A DNA stretch of 64,000 nt from Sulfolobales archaeon HS-7 (GCA_019704295.1 AP024596.1:1024001-1088000); one strand, 5' to 3'. Numbered from the stretch's first letter, positions 1 to 10,728 are shown. The notes: generated by a model not told the origin, from the sequence alone. A program made the numbers and translations.

Positions 1-1611
1 GATAAGAACACTCTTACCTATCTGGAGAAGACTGGGAGGGATCCCGTATTACCTAGAGAGTACTTTAAGTCACAGGGAATGTTCTATAGTTACGAACCTA
101 TTTATTCGAAGGTCGTAGAAATAAATCTAGGAGATATTGAACCGTCAATAGCGGGTCCTAAAAATCCTGAGGAGAGAGTTCCCCTTAAAGAGGCTAAGTC
201 GGTTGCTGAAGAACTATGTAAGGACGGTAGGGACGGATCCTTTATCCCCAATTGCGGAATTGCAATAGCCGCTATAACGAGTTGCACTAACACATCAAAT
301 CCAACAGTAATGCTAGGGGCTGGAATATTAGCTAAAAATGCTATTGAAAGGGGACTTATTAGAAAGCCCTATATTAAGACCAGTACTGCCCCTGGTTCAA
401 GGGTGGTTACAGATTACTTAGAGAAGACTAACCTTCTCCCCTACCTGGAGGGATTAGGATTTCACGTAGTCGGTTACGGATGTACTACGTGTATCGGAAA
501 TGCAGGACCATTAATACCCGAAGTAGAGAAAGACGTAAGAGAAGGTACAAAAGCCTTTGCGATTATAAGCGGTAACAGGAACTTTGAGGGAAGAATTAAT
601 CCGTTGCTTACGGGAACCTTTCTAGCCTCACCAATTCTGGTAGTGGCATACGCTCTAGCAGGAAGGTTTAACGTTGATTTTGAACGTGAACCCATAGGAT
701 TTGATCCAAATAAGAAGCCGGTATACCTAAGGGATATATGGCCGAGTACGGAGGAAATTAACAAATTACTTGAGAAAGCTATGGACCCTGAAATATTCAA
801 GGAGAAGTATGCTGATGCATTCGAGGGAAATGAGGATTGGAATAAACTTTCAGTAGAAAAAGGCGAGTTATACTCATGGGATACTTCCTCTACCTACATT
901 AGGGAACCGCCTTGGTTCTGGGGAGAAGGTTGGAAAATGGGGGACATAGTCGGTGCAAAAATACTGGCCCTTTTCGGAGATAGAGTAACGACAGATCATA
1001 TCTCCCCTGCAGGTCCAATAACCCCTGACTCCCTAGCGGGAGAGTACTTAAGAGCACTAGGCGTAACCGAGTTAAATACTTTTGGAGCAAGAAGGGGGAA
1101 CCATGAAGTGATGTTAAGAGGAGGATTTTCCAACCCTAAGATAAAGAACATGATGGTCGATAAAATAGGAGGATATACGAAGTATGAGGGAAAGGTAGTA
1201 ACGATTTACGAGGCGGCAATGAATTACCAGAAAAAAGGAATTCCACTGGTAATTTTTGCTGGGAAGCAGTACGGTACTGGTAGTTCGCGCGACTGGGCAG
1301 CGAAAGTTACTGCTCTTTTAGGAGTAAGAGTAGTTATTGCAGAGAGCTTTGAGAGGATTCACAGGAGTAATTTAGTAGCGATGGGGGTAATACCAATAGA
1401 AGGGATAGATTGGAGACAATTAGGACTTACTGGAGATGAGACAATTAACGTTAGAGGACTTAACGAGCTGACACCGAAGAAGAAAGTCACGGTAGAAATT
1501 GGCAATAAAACGGTAGAGGGAATAGCCCGCGTTGACAATAAAATAGAACTAGAGTACGTTAAAAGTGGCGGGGTATTTAGATACGCTCTTAATAAGGTCT
1601 TGTCGAAGTAA
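1..1611 (+). CDS. acnA: Aconitate hydratase (AcnA type), C-terminal part; gene starts before the window
   Basis: Frame is open from base 1. Motifs AAITSCTNTSNP, GYGCTTCIGN, SGNRNFEGR, TTDHISPAG, YGTGSSRDWAAK, ESFERIHRSNL. Confidence 0.95.
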   Translation, partial: DKNTLTYLEKTGRDPVLPREYFKSQGMFYSYEPIYSKVVEINLGDIEPSIAGPKNPEERVPLKEAKSVAEELCKDGRDGSFIPNCGIAIAAITSCTNTSNPTVMLGAGILAKNAIERGLIRKPYIKTSTAPGSRVVTDYLEKTNLLPYLEGLGFHVVGYGCTTCIGNAGPLIPEVEKDVREGTKAFAIISGNRNFEGRINPLLTGTFLASPILVVAYALAGRFNVDFEREPIGFDPNKKPVYLRDIWPSTEEINKLLEKAMDPEIFKEKYADAFEGNEDWNKLSVEKGELYSWDTSSTYIREPPWFWGEGWKMGDIVGAKILALFGDRVTTDHISPAGPITPDSLAGEYLRALGVTELNTFGARRGNHEVMLRGGFSNPKIKNMMVDKIGGYTKYEGKVVTIYEAAMNYQKKGIPLVIFAGKQYGTGSSRDWAAKVTALLGVRVVIAESFERIHRSNLVAMGVIPIEGIDWRQLGLTGDETINVRGLNELTPKKKVTVEIGNKTVEGIARVDNKIELEYVKSGGVFRYALNKVLSK

Positions 1612-1659
1612 ACTCTTTCCCAACGGTTGATTTTTATTGTTTTACGTGCAATACCATTT

Positions 1660-3126
1660 ATGTTAAGGATAAATCATTTCATAAACGGAGAGTTCGTAAT
1701 TCCTCACGGCGAGGATTACAAGGAGAAGCGTTCTCCTAATGACGGAAAAGTGTTAGCGGAGGTTGCCAATGGAGGAAGAGAAGACGCGAAAAGAGGTATT
1801 GACGCAGCATATGAGTCTCATAAGTCATGGTCAAAATTGCCACCTATCAAGAGGGCTGAATACCTTAGCAAATTTCTCGAAATCTATAAGTCAAGCGTGA
1901 ATACATTTCAGGAGTATCTGATAAGAGAGGCCGGTGGAATAAAGAAGAAGGCTTGGGCTGAGACCTTATTCACTGAGAGGTTAATATCCAACGCCATCGA
2001 GGTCGCTAGGCATGTTAATGGTGAGAATATTCCATCAGATAGTGAGGGGCAGTTAAACATAGTTTTTAAGAAACCTAAGGGCGTTACTTCCGTAATAACT
2101 CCATGGAATTACCCACTTTCCATCTCCATCAAGAAGGTTATGCATTCCTTAGCTTTTGGAAATACAGTTGTGTTAAAGACCTCAAGCGAAACGCCAATGA
2201 CGGGGTACTTAATAGCTGACGTTGCACAGAAATCTCTTCCAAAAGGCGTCCTTAATGTGATATTTGGTTCTGGCTCTGTAGTAGGGGATGAGATGGTTAC
2301 TAACAAAAAGGTTTCACATATCACATTCACTGGTGAGACAGTAACGGGAAAGGAAATAGCATCAAAAGCTGGAGGAAATTTAAAAAGCGTAACGTTAGAA
2401 TTAGGAGGGAGTGATCCGCTTATTATAATGGACGACGTGGATATCGATTACGCTACTAGACTAGCTGTTTTTGGAGCGTTCTTTCATCAAGGGCAGATAT
2501 GTACGTCGTCAAAGAGGATCTTAGTTCATGAGAGGATTTACGATAGGTTCGTAAGTCGATTTATGGAAGCGGTTAATAACCTAGTGGTTGGCGATCCTGA
2601 ACTAGAAAACACTGATATTGGTCCCCTCATAAATGAGAGACAAGTTTCGGCGATGCAAGAATTTGTTAAAGATTCTCAGGATCGTGGGGGTAAAATAATA
2701 TCTGGAGGGAAGTTCAAGGAAAACTACTTTTATCCGACGGTAGTCACTGACGTTGACGCGAACTTTAAGATAATGAAGGAGGAGGTTTTCGGACCTGTAA
2801 GACCTGTAGTGCGTTTTTCAACAAAGGAGGAGGCTATTGACATAGCTAATTCTACGGAATATGGACTGTCGGGGGCCGTATTGACTAACAATATTAACAC
2901 TGCCTTATTTTTCGTTGAAAACGTAGAAGCAGGTATGTTCCATGTTAACGATGTAACATTTCTTGAGGAGTCCCACATACCATTTGGAGGGATAAAGAGT
3001 AGTGGATTGGGAAGAGAAGGAGGATTATACTCCGCTAGGGAAACTATGTACGATAAATGGGTTACATTTACTACAAGGACTAAGCGATTTCCAATCCCAG
3101 CTTCACTGAAAGAGAAAACTAATTAA
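1660..3126 (+). CDS. NAD(P)-dependent aldehyde dehydrogenase
   Basis: ITPWNYP, FTGET, LELGGSDP (catalytic Glu), FHQGQICTS (catalytic Cys), EEVFGPV, PFGGIKSSGLGREGG. ATG at 1660 preferred over TTG at 1627. Confidence 0.93.
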   Translation: MLRINHFINGEFVIPHGEDYKEKRSPNDGKVLAEVANGGREDAKRGIDAAYESHKSWSKLPPIKRAEYLSKFLEIYKSSVNTFQEYLIREAGGIKKKAWAETLFTERLISNAIEVARHVNGENIPSDSEGQLNIVFKKPKGVTSVITPWNYPLSISIKKVMHSLAFGNTVVLKTSSETPMTGYLIADVAQKSLPKGVLNVIFGSGSVVGDEMVTNKKVSHITFTGETVTGKEIASKAGGNLKSVTLELGGSDPLIIMDDVDIDYATRLAVFGAFFHQGQICTSSKRILVHERIYDRFVSRFMEAVNNLVVGDPELENTDIGPLINERQVSAMQEFVKDSQDRGGKIISGGKFKENYFYPTVVTDVDANFKIMKEEVFGPVRPVVRFSTKEEAIDIANSTEYGLSGAVLTNNINTALFFVENVEAGMFHVNDVTFLEESHIPFGGIKSSGLGREGGLYSARETMYDKWVTFTTRTKRFPIPASLKEKTN

Positions 3127-4001
3127 TTTCTTTATTTCTATTTTTTAAATATAGTGTTATTTAATTTTATGGAAGTTTTTATCTTAATGGAAGTTAAGGG
3201 CATGAGGAATCATGTGGATGAGTGATCCATCATTTGAACATTTTTTCCCAGGCTGTAAATGTTTGACATAGAGTACCTCTACAGCGATTAAATGAGTTTT
3301 GAGGCCGTAAAAAAGTGCCTAAGAAGTTACCGTGAGATTGGTAAAACCACCTGCTCCGGGCACACGTTAGTAACATTCCATCGGCTCAGGAGTATTACGT
3401 AATGTCAGTCTTAGAAGTAAGGTAAACCTAGCTTTCCACGATTTGTGTTGGAAGCGAGAACGTCGAGAGATCTGACGTTGTCTGTTCAGGTTTCACCTGT
3501 CCTAACTATTGATTAAATCATAGCATCTCACTATTACGCTCTTCCAACGTATTAAACGGTTAGTAATCAGAAACACCTGCTGTACTACAAAGCTTTTTAA
3601 GTAAGGTATAAGAGAAAGGTTTGGGCTCCATAGGATTTCATGACATTTCATTTCATTCCTCATCCCTCGGATTTCATTAAAGTCACGGGACAGTGTGAGG
3701 TTCATCCTTCTTTGTCTCATTGGAGGGATAACCTAACCTGCTCATGGATGTGGATAAATGTGGACATCTTATGCTCTGTCACCCTTAGGGAAACTCGTCC
3801 GCATCCGGTGACAAGATTTATAAAACATATATTATATAAAAAATATATAAACTTCACTGTGTATCTGAAACTATTGATAATGGAGCAAATCTTGTCCTTA
3901 GGAGAGTTCGCTAACTACAATAATAATCTGATATACCGTGAATAATAACACAAGAGTGGGAGGTCAATAAGGTTAAATTAGATAAAATTAATAGTGTGAA
4001 C

Positions 4002-6032
4002 ATGTCGCGTGCAGCGAGATTTGCGCTATTACTGTTTTCTGTCGTAGAAATTCTAATCGTATTTCTTATACTTAATGCGACTCATTCATTCTATGCGGAG
4101 CTAGAAATAGTTCTGGTTATGACAATAAGTGTTCCGTGTATACTTCTCTCCTTAACTGGATCCCAGTTTCCTGGATTTATTCTTATTGGAGCGATCTCAC
4201 CGATTATATTTGCATATAGTGAACATCTTTATCCAACAAATGCAGGTTATGTCTTAATCGGTTCATCTCTTATATTGATTCTCTCTTGGTTGCTTTATGC
4301 CCTTACCGTTAGAGGTAAGAAAATCAGGAATGCACTAGGAGGCCTCGGTGCGTTATTCTATGTTATTGCTATTCTATATACTCTATTACCATTGCACCTA
4401 TCAGGGTTTACATTGAGTAAACTTATTACTAATTTTGAAACAGGGTATTCGTCACCTCTTGGCTTCGTTCTGCTTATCCTATCATCATCATTCATAGGAT
4501 TTTCAGCTTTTACTACCCCCAATGTTATGAAACTTAGACAGAATGGTCTTCCAAGGAGAGCGGAATGGTCGGTAACAGTAAACGGGGTTAAAAGAAAGAC
4601 TAAGGGTAAGACGATATCTATCAAATACGAGGGAGAAAGCTACTGGGTTGTCGAACCTGTATTTAAGAAAAACGATAAATTCGTACCTTTTCCTCAAAGT
4701 GGGAAAACATTGCCTGGAACCATTAACGTTGAGTTTAGGAAAGCGTATATCGTCGTTTTTAGGCAACAGGGATTGCCTAAAGATGTTCAATGGAGTGTGA
4801 TAGTGAACGGAAGGGCTTGGAGTGGGTACGGGGATATAAACGTAGAGGTTTTTGAGACTAATGCTGAGTATGAAGTTAGACCTTTATCAATAAACGGAAT
4901 GTGGTATCTCCCTAAAGAAAGAATTGGTAAAATACAGGGAGGAAAAACTATTACTGTAAATTTCATGAGAGTAGACTCAGCTCAATCAGTGCCTCAAATT
5001 CCATCATCTTCACAATCATCCCAGACCTCCGTAACGATACCAAGGAGTTTAAGGAACTGGGAACCTTCTGTTTGGATAGGAAGAGAGATAGGGGGTTATA
5101 AAGTAATGGAAGTCATAGGGCGCGGAGGTACATCATATGTACTTAAGGGAACTCTTTCAGGAAGTTTAAGAGCCCTTAAGATCCCTATAATAGGTGAGGG
5201 TGATAAGGAACAGTTAATATTCTCAGAATTGGCATCGGAGTTTAAGAACCTTGACGAACTTTCAAAGAAGACGGAAAACGTAGTTCAGCTCTATGGATTT
5301 GGCGGTGGGACGGATATAATTAGGGCGATAAAGAACGGTAACTTAGAATTATACGCTAACTCCCCCCCATATATTGTTATGGAACTAATGGAAGGCGGAG
5401 ACGCTAAGGGGATATCGGACAATGATGCTATTTTCTACTGGCCTAAATATTATAAAATAGTTCTGATTATAATTCAGAAAATATCTGGAGCTCTAGCTGT
5501 AATTCACGCAAGTAACTACGTTCACATGGACGTTAAACCCCAGAATATATTTTTCAGCAATAAACCTGGTACAACAGCTTCGGAGGTGCTTAACAATCTT
5601 AATAATGGACTAGTCAAGGTGAAACTGGGGGACTTAGGTTCGGCAAGAAGGATTGGAGATAAGATTATTCAATTGACTACAGCCTATTCTCCCCCTGATG
5701 CAATTATCGCTTACTTAAAGAATGAAGGTACTTATCCTGCTATAGATGTTTTTTCCCTAGGAGCTACCGCACTATATCTATTAACTAGACAAGCAGTTTA
5801 CGAGCAGGACACCCTCACTTTACTGAACTTATCGTTAGATAACAAGTCGTTAGATCTCGCAAATAAAGCAGCATACCGCTATTCTGAGTTGTGGAGAAAC
5901 ATGAGCAAACCTGTTAACGTTCCAGATCAGCTGTGGGCATTAGTTAAAGCAATGCTGAACCCATCTCCTAGTATGAGACCTGCAAGCAAGGAAATAGCGT
6001 ACAAACTACTGAGCATCAAGGATACGCTTTAG
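4002..6032 (+). CDS. Membrane-anchored Hanks-type Ser/Thr protein kinase
   Basis: About 5 N-terminal TM helices, two Q-x-GLP...WSV-x-VNG beta-sandwich repeats, S/Q-rich linker, then IGRGGTSYV, ALKIP, HMDVKPQN, KLGDLG, DVFSLG. Confidence 0.9.
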   Translation: MSRAARFALLLFSVVEILIVFLILNATHSFYAELEIVLVMTISVPCILLSLTGSQFPGFILIGAISPIIFAYSEHLYPTNAGYVLIGSSLILILSWLLYALTVRGKKIRNALGGLGALFYVIAILYTLLPLHLSGFTLSKLITNFETGYSSPLGFVLLILSSSFIGFSAFTTPNVMKLRQNGLPRRAEWSVTVNGVKRKTKGKTISIKYEGESYWVVEPVFKKNDKFVPFPQSGKTLPGTINVEFRKAYIVVFRQQGLPKDVQWSVIVNGRAWSGYGDINVEVFETNAEYEVRPLSINGMWYLPKERIGKIQGGKTITVNFMRVDSAQSVPQIPSSSQSSQTSVTIPRSLRNWEPSVWIGREIGGYKVMEVIGRGGTSYVLKGTLSGSLRALKIPIIGEGDKEQLIFSELASEFKNLDELSKKTENVVQLYGFGGGTDIIRAIKNGNLELYANSPPYIVMELMEGGDAKGISDNDAIFYWPKYYKIVLIIIQKISGALAVIHASNYVHMDVKPQNIFFSNKPGTTASEVLNNLNNGLVKVKLGDLGSARRIGDKIIQLTTAYSPPDAIIAYLKNEGTYPAIDVFSLGATALYLLTRQAVYEQDTLTLLNLSLDNKSLDLANKAAYRYSELWRNMSKPVNVPDQLWALVKAMLNPSPSMRPASKEIAYKLLSIKDTL

Positions 6033-7328
6033 GAATTCTCTCATTTTATCAGTTAAACTATCTGGATTCCGTATGGCTTCATTAACCTCTTCGTTATTCA
6101 ATTTGAGTACGTCTATACCAGAAATTTCTATATTTTTTGCATTAGTTATTAAGAATACTTTCTTTACCCGCACCCCATCAACTTCGGTAACCTTAACTAT
6201 CTTCTCTAGATTAGAGGGCGTATTCAAGGTGTCTCCATCAACTATCTTAACTTCCCCGAGATATGCGTCATTTTGAACTCTAAAGTATATGTCGGGAGTT
6301 ACAGTGCCATCATCTGTATCGATTCTCCTTCCCTTAGGGTGAACGTAAGATATTCCCATTTCCTTTGCAATTGATATAAGTGTTTTCCTTACGGATTTTT
6401 CTAATTCCCTTGAAATATCCCGAGGATCTCCCTCTAGTTTAGCAGGAGGAACATTCCTTATCTGTTTCACTTTTTCCTCAAGACTTCTCCTTATCTTATT
6501 CGTATCCGGACCTACTTCATTTATCAAATTAGTGTATATTTCCTTTGCCTTATCTAAGAGCGATGATACGGTCTTCTCCTCTATAAGGATCCTTGCTAAA
6601 ACGTCTGCTAAGTCAGGACAATAATACCTTAGTATGTCCTCCTTTTCCTCCTCCGTTAGATCACCACTTAGATCAACCTTAATTGGCATTTCGATCAGTC
6701 TCCTTTGAATAGCCTTGTCCATTTCCTTACTGGTCTCTTCTATTGGCATTGCCATTACAACTGGCACCTTAGTACCGGAATTCAACAGTCTATGTAATGG
6801 CATTACATGTCCTTCCTTAATTCTGATTTCATCAACAAGCAAGGGTAGAGCTGAGTCACTAAGGAACTCAATAATACCATCTATATCCTTACTGTACTCC
6901 TTGCACGCAATTCTAAGTTCTGCGATATTATGCTCTAAGAGTAGCTTATTACAGTTTTTCTTCAACCACTTTCTAAAATCTCGCGGTAAGGAAAAAAACC
7001 CGTAACCTAACTCCTTTTTCTTCTGATTAAGTCGCATTATCGCTTTCTCCCTTATTGTAAGGATGTCTTGAGACTCCCAAAATACATCCTCAAACCTATC
7101 CTTACCGGAGAGATCAACGTATAATGCACCTCTATCAACGAAGTCGGTATATATCTTTCTGAGTAAAGTGGTCTTCCCCATACCTGGAGGTCCGGTAATT
7201 AGCACGATTCCATTTCTCTCGATTTCTGCCTCTGCTATTTTCAGACCTTGTTCCCACCTTTTACCGACTGGTTTTAATTCCGTGTCGTTCCACGATGTTA
7301 ACGTTCTAGATGGAAAAGTGCAGTTCAA
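6006..7328 (-). CDS. P-loop/AAA ATPase with putative C-terminal PD-(D/E)xK nuclease-like domain
   Basis: Walker A GPPGMGKT, Walker B LLVDE, C-terminal TPDIYF...YLGEVK. TTG start 1 nt after the upstream stop. Confidence 0.75.
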   Translation of the reverse strand: MNCTFPSRTLTSWNDTELKPVGKRWEQGLKIAEAEIERNGIVLITGPPGMGKTTLLRKIYTDFVDRGALYVDLSGKDRFEDVFWESQDILTIREKAIMRLNQKKKELGYGFFSLPRDFRKWLKKNCNKLLLEHNIAELRIACKEYSKDIDGIIEFLSDSALPLLVDEIRIKEGHVMPLHRLLNSGTKVPVVMAMPIEETSKEMDKAIQRRLIEMPIKVDLSGDLTEEEKEDILRYYCPDLADVLARILIEEKTVSSLLDKAKEIYTNLINEVGPDTNKIRRSLEEKVKQIRNVPPAKLEGDPRDISRELEKSVRKTLISIAKEMGISYVHPKGRRIDTDDGTVTPDIYFRVQNDAYLGEVKIVDGDTLNTPSNLEKIVKVTEVDGVRVKKVFLITNAKNIEISGIDVLKLNNEEVNEAIRNPDSLTDKMREFLKRILDAQ

Positions 7329-7329
7329 A

Positions 7330-7896
7330 CTACCTTCGCCTTATGATACCACAAATAGTTCCGTTAACTAATATTCCTTCCTCTCCTCCCGGAATTAACT
7401 CGTAGTTAGCTTGAACGTAATTGCTCAACTTACTGTAAAATTCCTCTTTGGTAACTCCCATCTGCTCCCTTATTAGCTTTAAATTAGCTACACCTAGAGC
7501 GTTCTTGACCTTGTTATAATATTCGTCGAAGATTTTCTCCATATTGGGAAAATTAACGGGATTTTGAGTTATCTTAAGATATTCTTTGATATACCTAATT
7601 TCCGACATTAACTCCTTCAGCATTTCATTATTCGTTTCCTCAAGCTTTATGACGTAGTCCATCTTATCCTTCTCACGGCTTTGATCAATCTTAGGTGTTC
7701 TTTCTCCAAGTTCTATCAGCTTTACCCTATATGAGTTAGGCGTCTTTTCCTTTATTGCTAATCCTCTAGACGTTATTACCTCAACTATGGCGTCAACGTC
7801 TTCATAGGAAATCTTGAGTAGTTTTTTGATATCTCCCCTAGTTAATTGGTTTTTCTCTTTTAGTTTTCCTATTAATTTATTTACATATTCTTCCAT
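7330..7896 (-). CDS. Hypothetical protein: N-terminal winged-helix, coiled coil, C-terminal helical/winged domain
   Basis: [34 protein letters not shown] reads as a wHTH. ATG at 7896 overlaps the gad 3' end. Confidence 0.7.
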   Translation of the reverse strand: MEEYVNKLIGKLKEKNQLTRGDIKKLLKISYEDVDAIVEVITSRGLAIKEKTPNSYRVKLIELGERTPKIDQSREKDKMDYVIKLEETNNEMLKELMSEIRYIKEYLKITQNPVNFPNMEKIFDEYYNKVKNALGVANLKLIREQMGVTKEEFYSKLSNYVQANYELIPGGEEGILVNGTICGIIRRR

Positions 7897-9044
7897 GTTC
7901 CCTTGACTACCCACACCGGTTCCTCCATAACATCGAGTTCCTTGGGCTCTACGGCGTACTCCTCTAATTTCTTCTCATTAACTGAAACGCCTAGTCCAGG
8001 TTTAGAGGGAACTTTAACGTGTCCACGTACGACCTCAATCTCTCCATTAATTATTTCCTTTTTCCAATCTGGAAACCAATCATAGAATGATTCTAACATT
8101 AGCAGATTTGGAGTGACAGCACTTATTTGAAGAGATGCAGTGTATTGAATAGGTCCGAACGCATTGTGATATGCGATCTCAAGGTCGTATGCCTCAGTTA
8201 ACGCTACAACCTTTCTCGCAATCGTGAATCCGCCGATGTTTGTTATATCTGGTTGTAAGATATTCACTAATCCTAAGTAAACGGGTATTTCCTTTAATGA
8301 AACCAGTCTCTCTCCCATAGCAATTCTTAGCGACACCTCCTTCCTGTATTTTTCATATCCCTTGATGTCTTCATGATGCACGGGCTCTTCTACGAAGACA
8401 GGATCGTATTTTTCAAGCATTTTCCCTATCATTATTGCAGAATTAGCGTTAAATCTGCCGTGATGTTCAATCATCACGTCCAAGTGATCTTTAACAGCCT
8501 TTACCCTCGCTTCGGCTTCCTTTACCCCCTTAAAGTCGATCCAGTTATAATACATGCCAAACGGGTCGAATTTTGCTGCTTGGTATCCCATTGATGCTAC
8601 ATCATGTGCCTTCTTTCCGAAGGATTCAGGGGTTACGCAATCCTGGTACCATCCATTTGCGTAAACAGGTATTTCATCCCTAACCTTTCCTCCTAACAAC
8701 TTGTATATTGGTGCTCCCAGTTCTTTCCCTAAAAGGTCCCACTCTGCGATGTCTATTGCGCTAAAGGCGGTTACGGTATCAAAAGCTCTGCTGTAGTAAA
8801 AGTCCTGCTTGTACCATTCCTGGTAGTTTTTCTCCACTTCTTCAACTTCCTTTCCTACAAAGGCCTTTGCAACCTGTTTAACTGCATTAGCAACTGTAAT
8901 AACTCTAAGCGTGGGAACCGCCTCACCATATCCTACCTCTCCATTTGACGTTGTGACTTTGACTATAATAGAGGAAGACGCCCATGTTGCACTTCCCTTC
9001 TCTTTATGTGTTAATACTATTGGTTTTATTTCAGAGATCTTCAT
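7881..9044 (-). CDS. gad: Gluconate dehydratase (enolase superfamily, mandelate racemase subgroup)
   Basis: N-terminus [10 protein letters not shown]...[11 protein letters not shown] and YANGWYQDC closely match Sulfolobus GAD as I recall it. KFDPFG, EHHGRF, EEP, GER. Confidence 0.9.
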   Translation of the reverse strand: MKISEIKPIVLTHKEKGSATWASSSIIVKVTTSNGEVGYGEAVPTLRVITVANAVKQVAKAFVGKEVEEVEKNYQEWYKQDFYYSRAFDTVTAFSAIDIAEWDLLGKELGAPIYKLLGGKVRDEIPVYANGWYQDCVTPESFGKKAHDVASMGYQAAKFDPFGMYYNWIDFKGVKEAEARVKAVKDHLDVMIEHHGRFNANSAIMIGKMLEKYDPVFVEEPVHHEDIKGYEKYRKEVSLRIAMGERLVSLKEIPVYLGLVNILQPDITNIGGFTIARKVVALTEAYDLEIAYHNAFGPIQYTASLQISAVTPNLLMLESFYDWFPDWKKEIINGEIEVVRGHVKVPSKPGLGVSVNEKKLEEYAVEPKELDVMEEPVWVVKGTWKNM

Positions 9045-9492
9045 GAATAGGATTTAATCATTAAAAATATTTAACTTGATTGTCGGTTTTGGGGTAATTT
9101 AGGGTTCTTTGCGAATTATAATTTATAAGAAAGATGGATGAAATAAAGTAAATTGTTGAGCGTAAATCCCCTACTAGCCATTACGGTTATATTGAATTAA
9201 ATTTGTTATAGTTAATGGAATAAACTAAATTAGCGAAGGAGACGTCAATCGCCCGTTTTCTTCTACAACTCCAGAAGTGGATTCCTCCTTCTTAACAGGA
9301 ATGAGGTGCAAAGAAAGGATCTGAGGCTCCTTTTTCTTAATTTTGCGATTTCAAAGAATTCATAATAGCAAGTACTCGATCTTTCCTAAAGTTATCACTC
9401 TATAATCTCCTAGATCATTCCTCTATATTGGAATGAATTCCACCGATCTGTTTTAAATTGGTAGAGTATATTACACCAACACGGACATAGAG

Positions 9493-10728
9493 GTGGCTAA
9501 GCGGATAGAGGCGGACCAGAGGGACGTCCTAGAGGAAAAGTTGTCAAATAACTATGTGAAGAGGGATTTCAGGGGCGACATCTCTAAGTACTTTAGTATT
9601 CCCAACGTCCTAGTCTTACTTGGAATAAGGGGGTCTGGAAAGTCCACTTTGTCCTTAATGCTCATGAAGGATTTAGGGGTTAAGTTTGCATACTTGAACT
9701 TCGATGAAGAGATGCTCTACGGAGTTTCTATCAAGGATCTGAGGAGCTTAACACAGGCAATATATGAAGTTTATGGGACTGACGTGAATTACTTCGTTTT
9801 CGACGAAATCTACAATGTAAAGGGTTGGGAACTCTTTATAACCAGACTAAGGGAGACGAACAGAATAGTTGTAACTGGAAGTAACTCGAGGATGCTATCG
9901 GGGGGGCTCTCAACAGTTCTTACAGGGAGGCACTCGGACCTAGTTCTCTCCCCTTTTTCCTTTAAGGAATATTTGCGTTTTAAGGGGCTCAGCGAAGAGA
10001 TCCCAACTTCCACAAGAAGGGTGGCTGAGGTCAAGATCGAGTTGGGGAAGTACTTGGATACGGGAGGGTTTCCAGAGGCCCTGATGATAGGTAAGCAACA
10101 AGTAGATGTAATATACAACGATATTCTCTTCAAGGACGTAATATTTAGATATAAAATCAGGGAGACGGAGAAGTTTAAAGACTTCTCAAAGAGTCTGATC
10201 TCCTATTACTCGTCCGAGGTATCTTTGTCTAGGCTAGCGAAAACTGTTGAGGTAGACAAGAGGACTATCGATTTATGGTCTTTTGGGCTTGAAAACGCTT
10301 ACTTAACCTATTTCCTTCCTAGGTTCGGGGAGAAACCCAGGGAGAGATTAACTTTCAATAAGAAAGTATACGTAGTTGATCTCGGAATTATGTCGCGTAT
10401 GGCATTAAGGTCTAGGGATGAAGGTAGGATCATGGAGAACGCAGTCTTCCTTAAGTTAGCTAGGGACAACCAGCTGAGGGGACTATCCTACATCAAGGGC
10501 AAGGATTTCGAAGTGGACTTTTACGATGAGGTGAAATCGAGATTGATCCAAGTGACCAGGGCTTCTGATAAAGTGGATGAGAGGGAGATCAGAGGGATCT
10601 TAAAGGCGAAGAGCTTAGTACGAGCCAAAGAGCACTTAATAGTAACTTACGATGTGGAGGGTGTCGAGAGAATAGAAGGGAGGGAGATAAGGATGATACC
10701 CATCTATAAGTTCCTACTCATGAGTTGA
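9493..10728 (+). CDS. AAA+ ATPase, AAA_14 + DUF4143 type
   Basis: GIRGSGKS, FVFDEI, VTGSNS, LTGR, YLDTGGFPE, KKVYVVDLG, MENAVF, EVDF, LIQV. Confidence 0.88.
   Translation: MAKRIEADQRDVLEEKLSNNYVKRDFRGDISKYFSIPNVLVLLGIRGSGKSTLSLMLMKDLGVKFAYLNFDEEMLYGVSIKDLRSLTQAIYEVYGTDVNYFVFDEIYNVKGWELFITRLRETNRIVVTGSNSRMLSGGLSTVLTGRHSDLVLSPFSFKEYLRFKGLSEEIPTSTRRVAEVKIELGKYLDTGGFPEALMIGKQQVDVIYNDILFKDVIFRYKIRETEKFKDFSKSLISYYSSEVSLSRLAKTVEVDKRTIDLWSFGLENAYLTYFLPRFGEKPRERLTFNKKVYVVDLGIMSRMALRSRDEGRIMENAVFLKLARDNQLRGLSYIKGKDFEVDFYDEVKSRLIQVTRASDKVDEREIRGILKAKSLVRAKEHLIVTYDVEGVERIEGREIRMIPIYKFLLMS

Noticed and set aside
3200-3240. C/D-box-like ATGAGGA...ATGA...TGAT
   Set aside because: No canonical CTGA D box and spacing too short
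3640-3945. 101-aa ORF, and the opposite-strand 3502-3720 ORF
   Set aside because: No recognisable motifs and atypical composition; likely spurious
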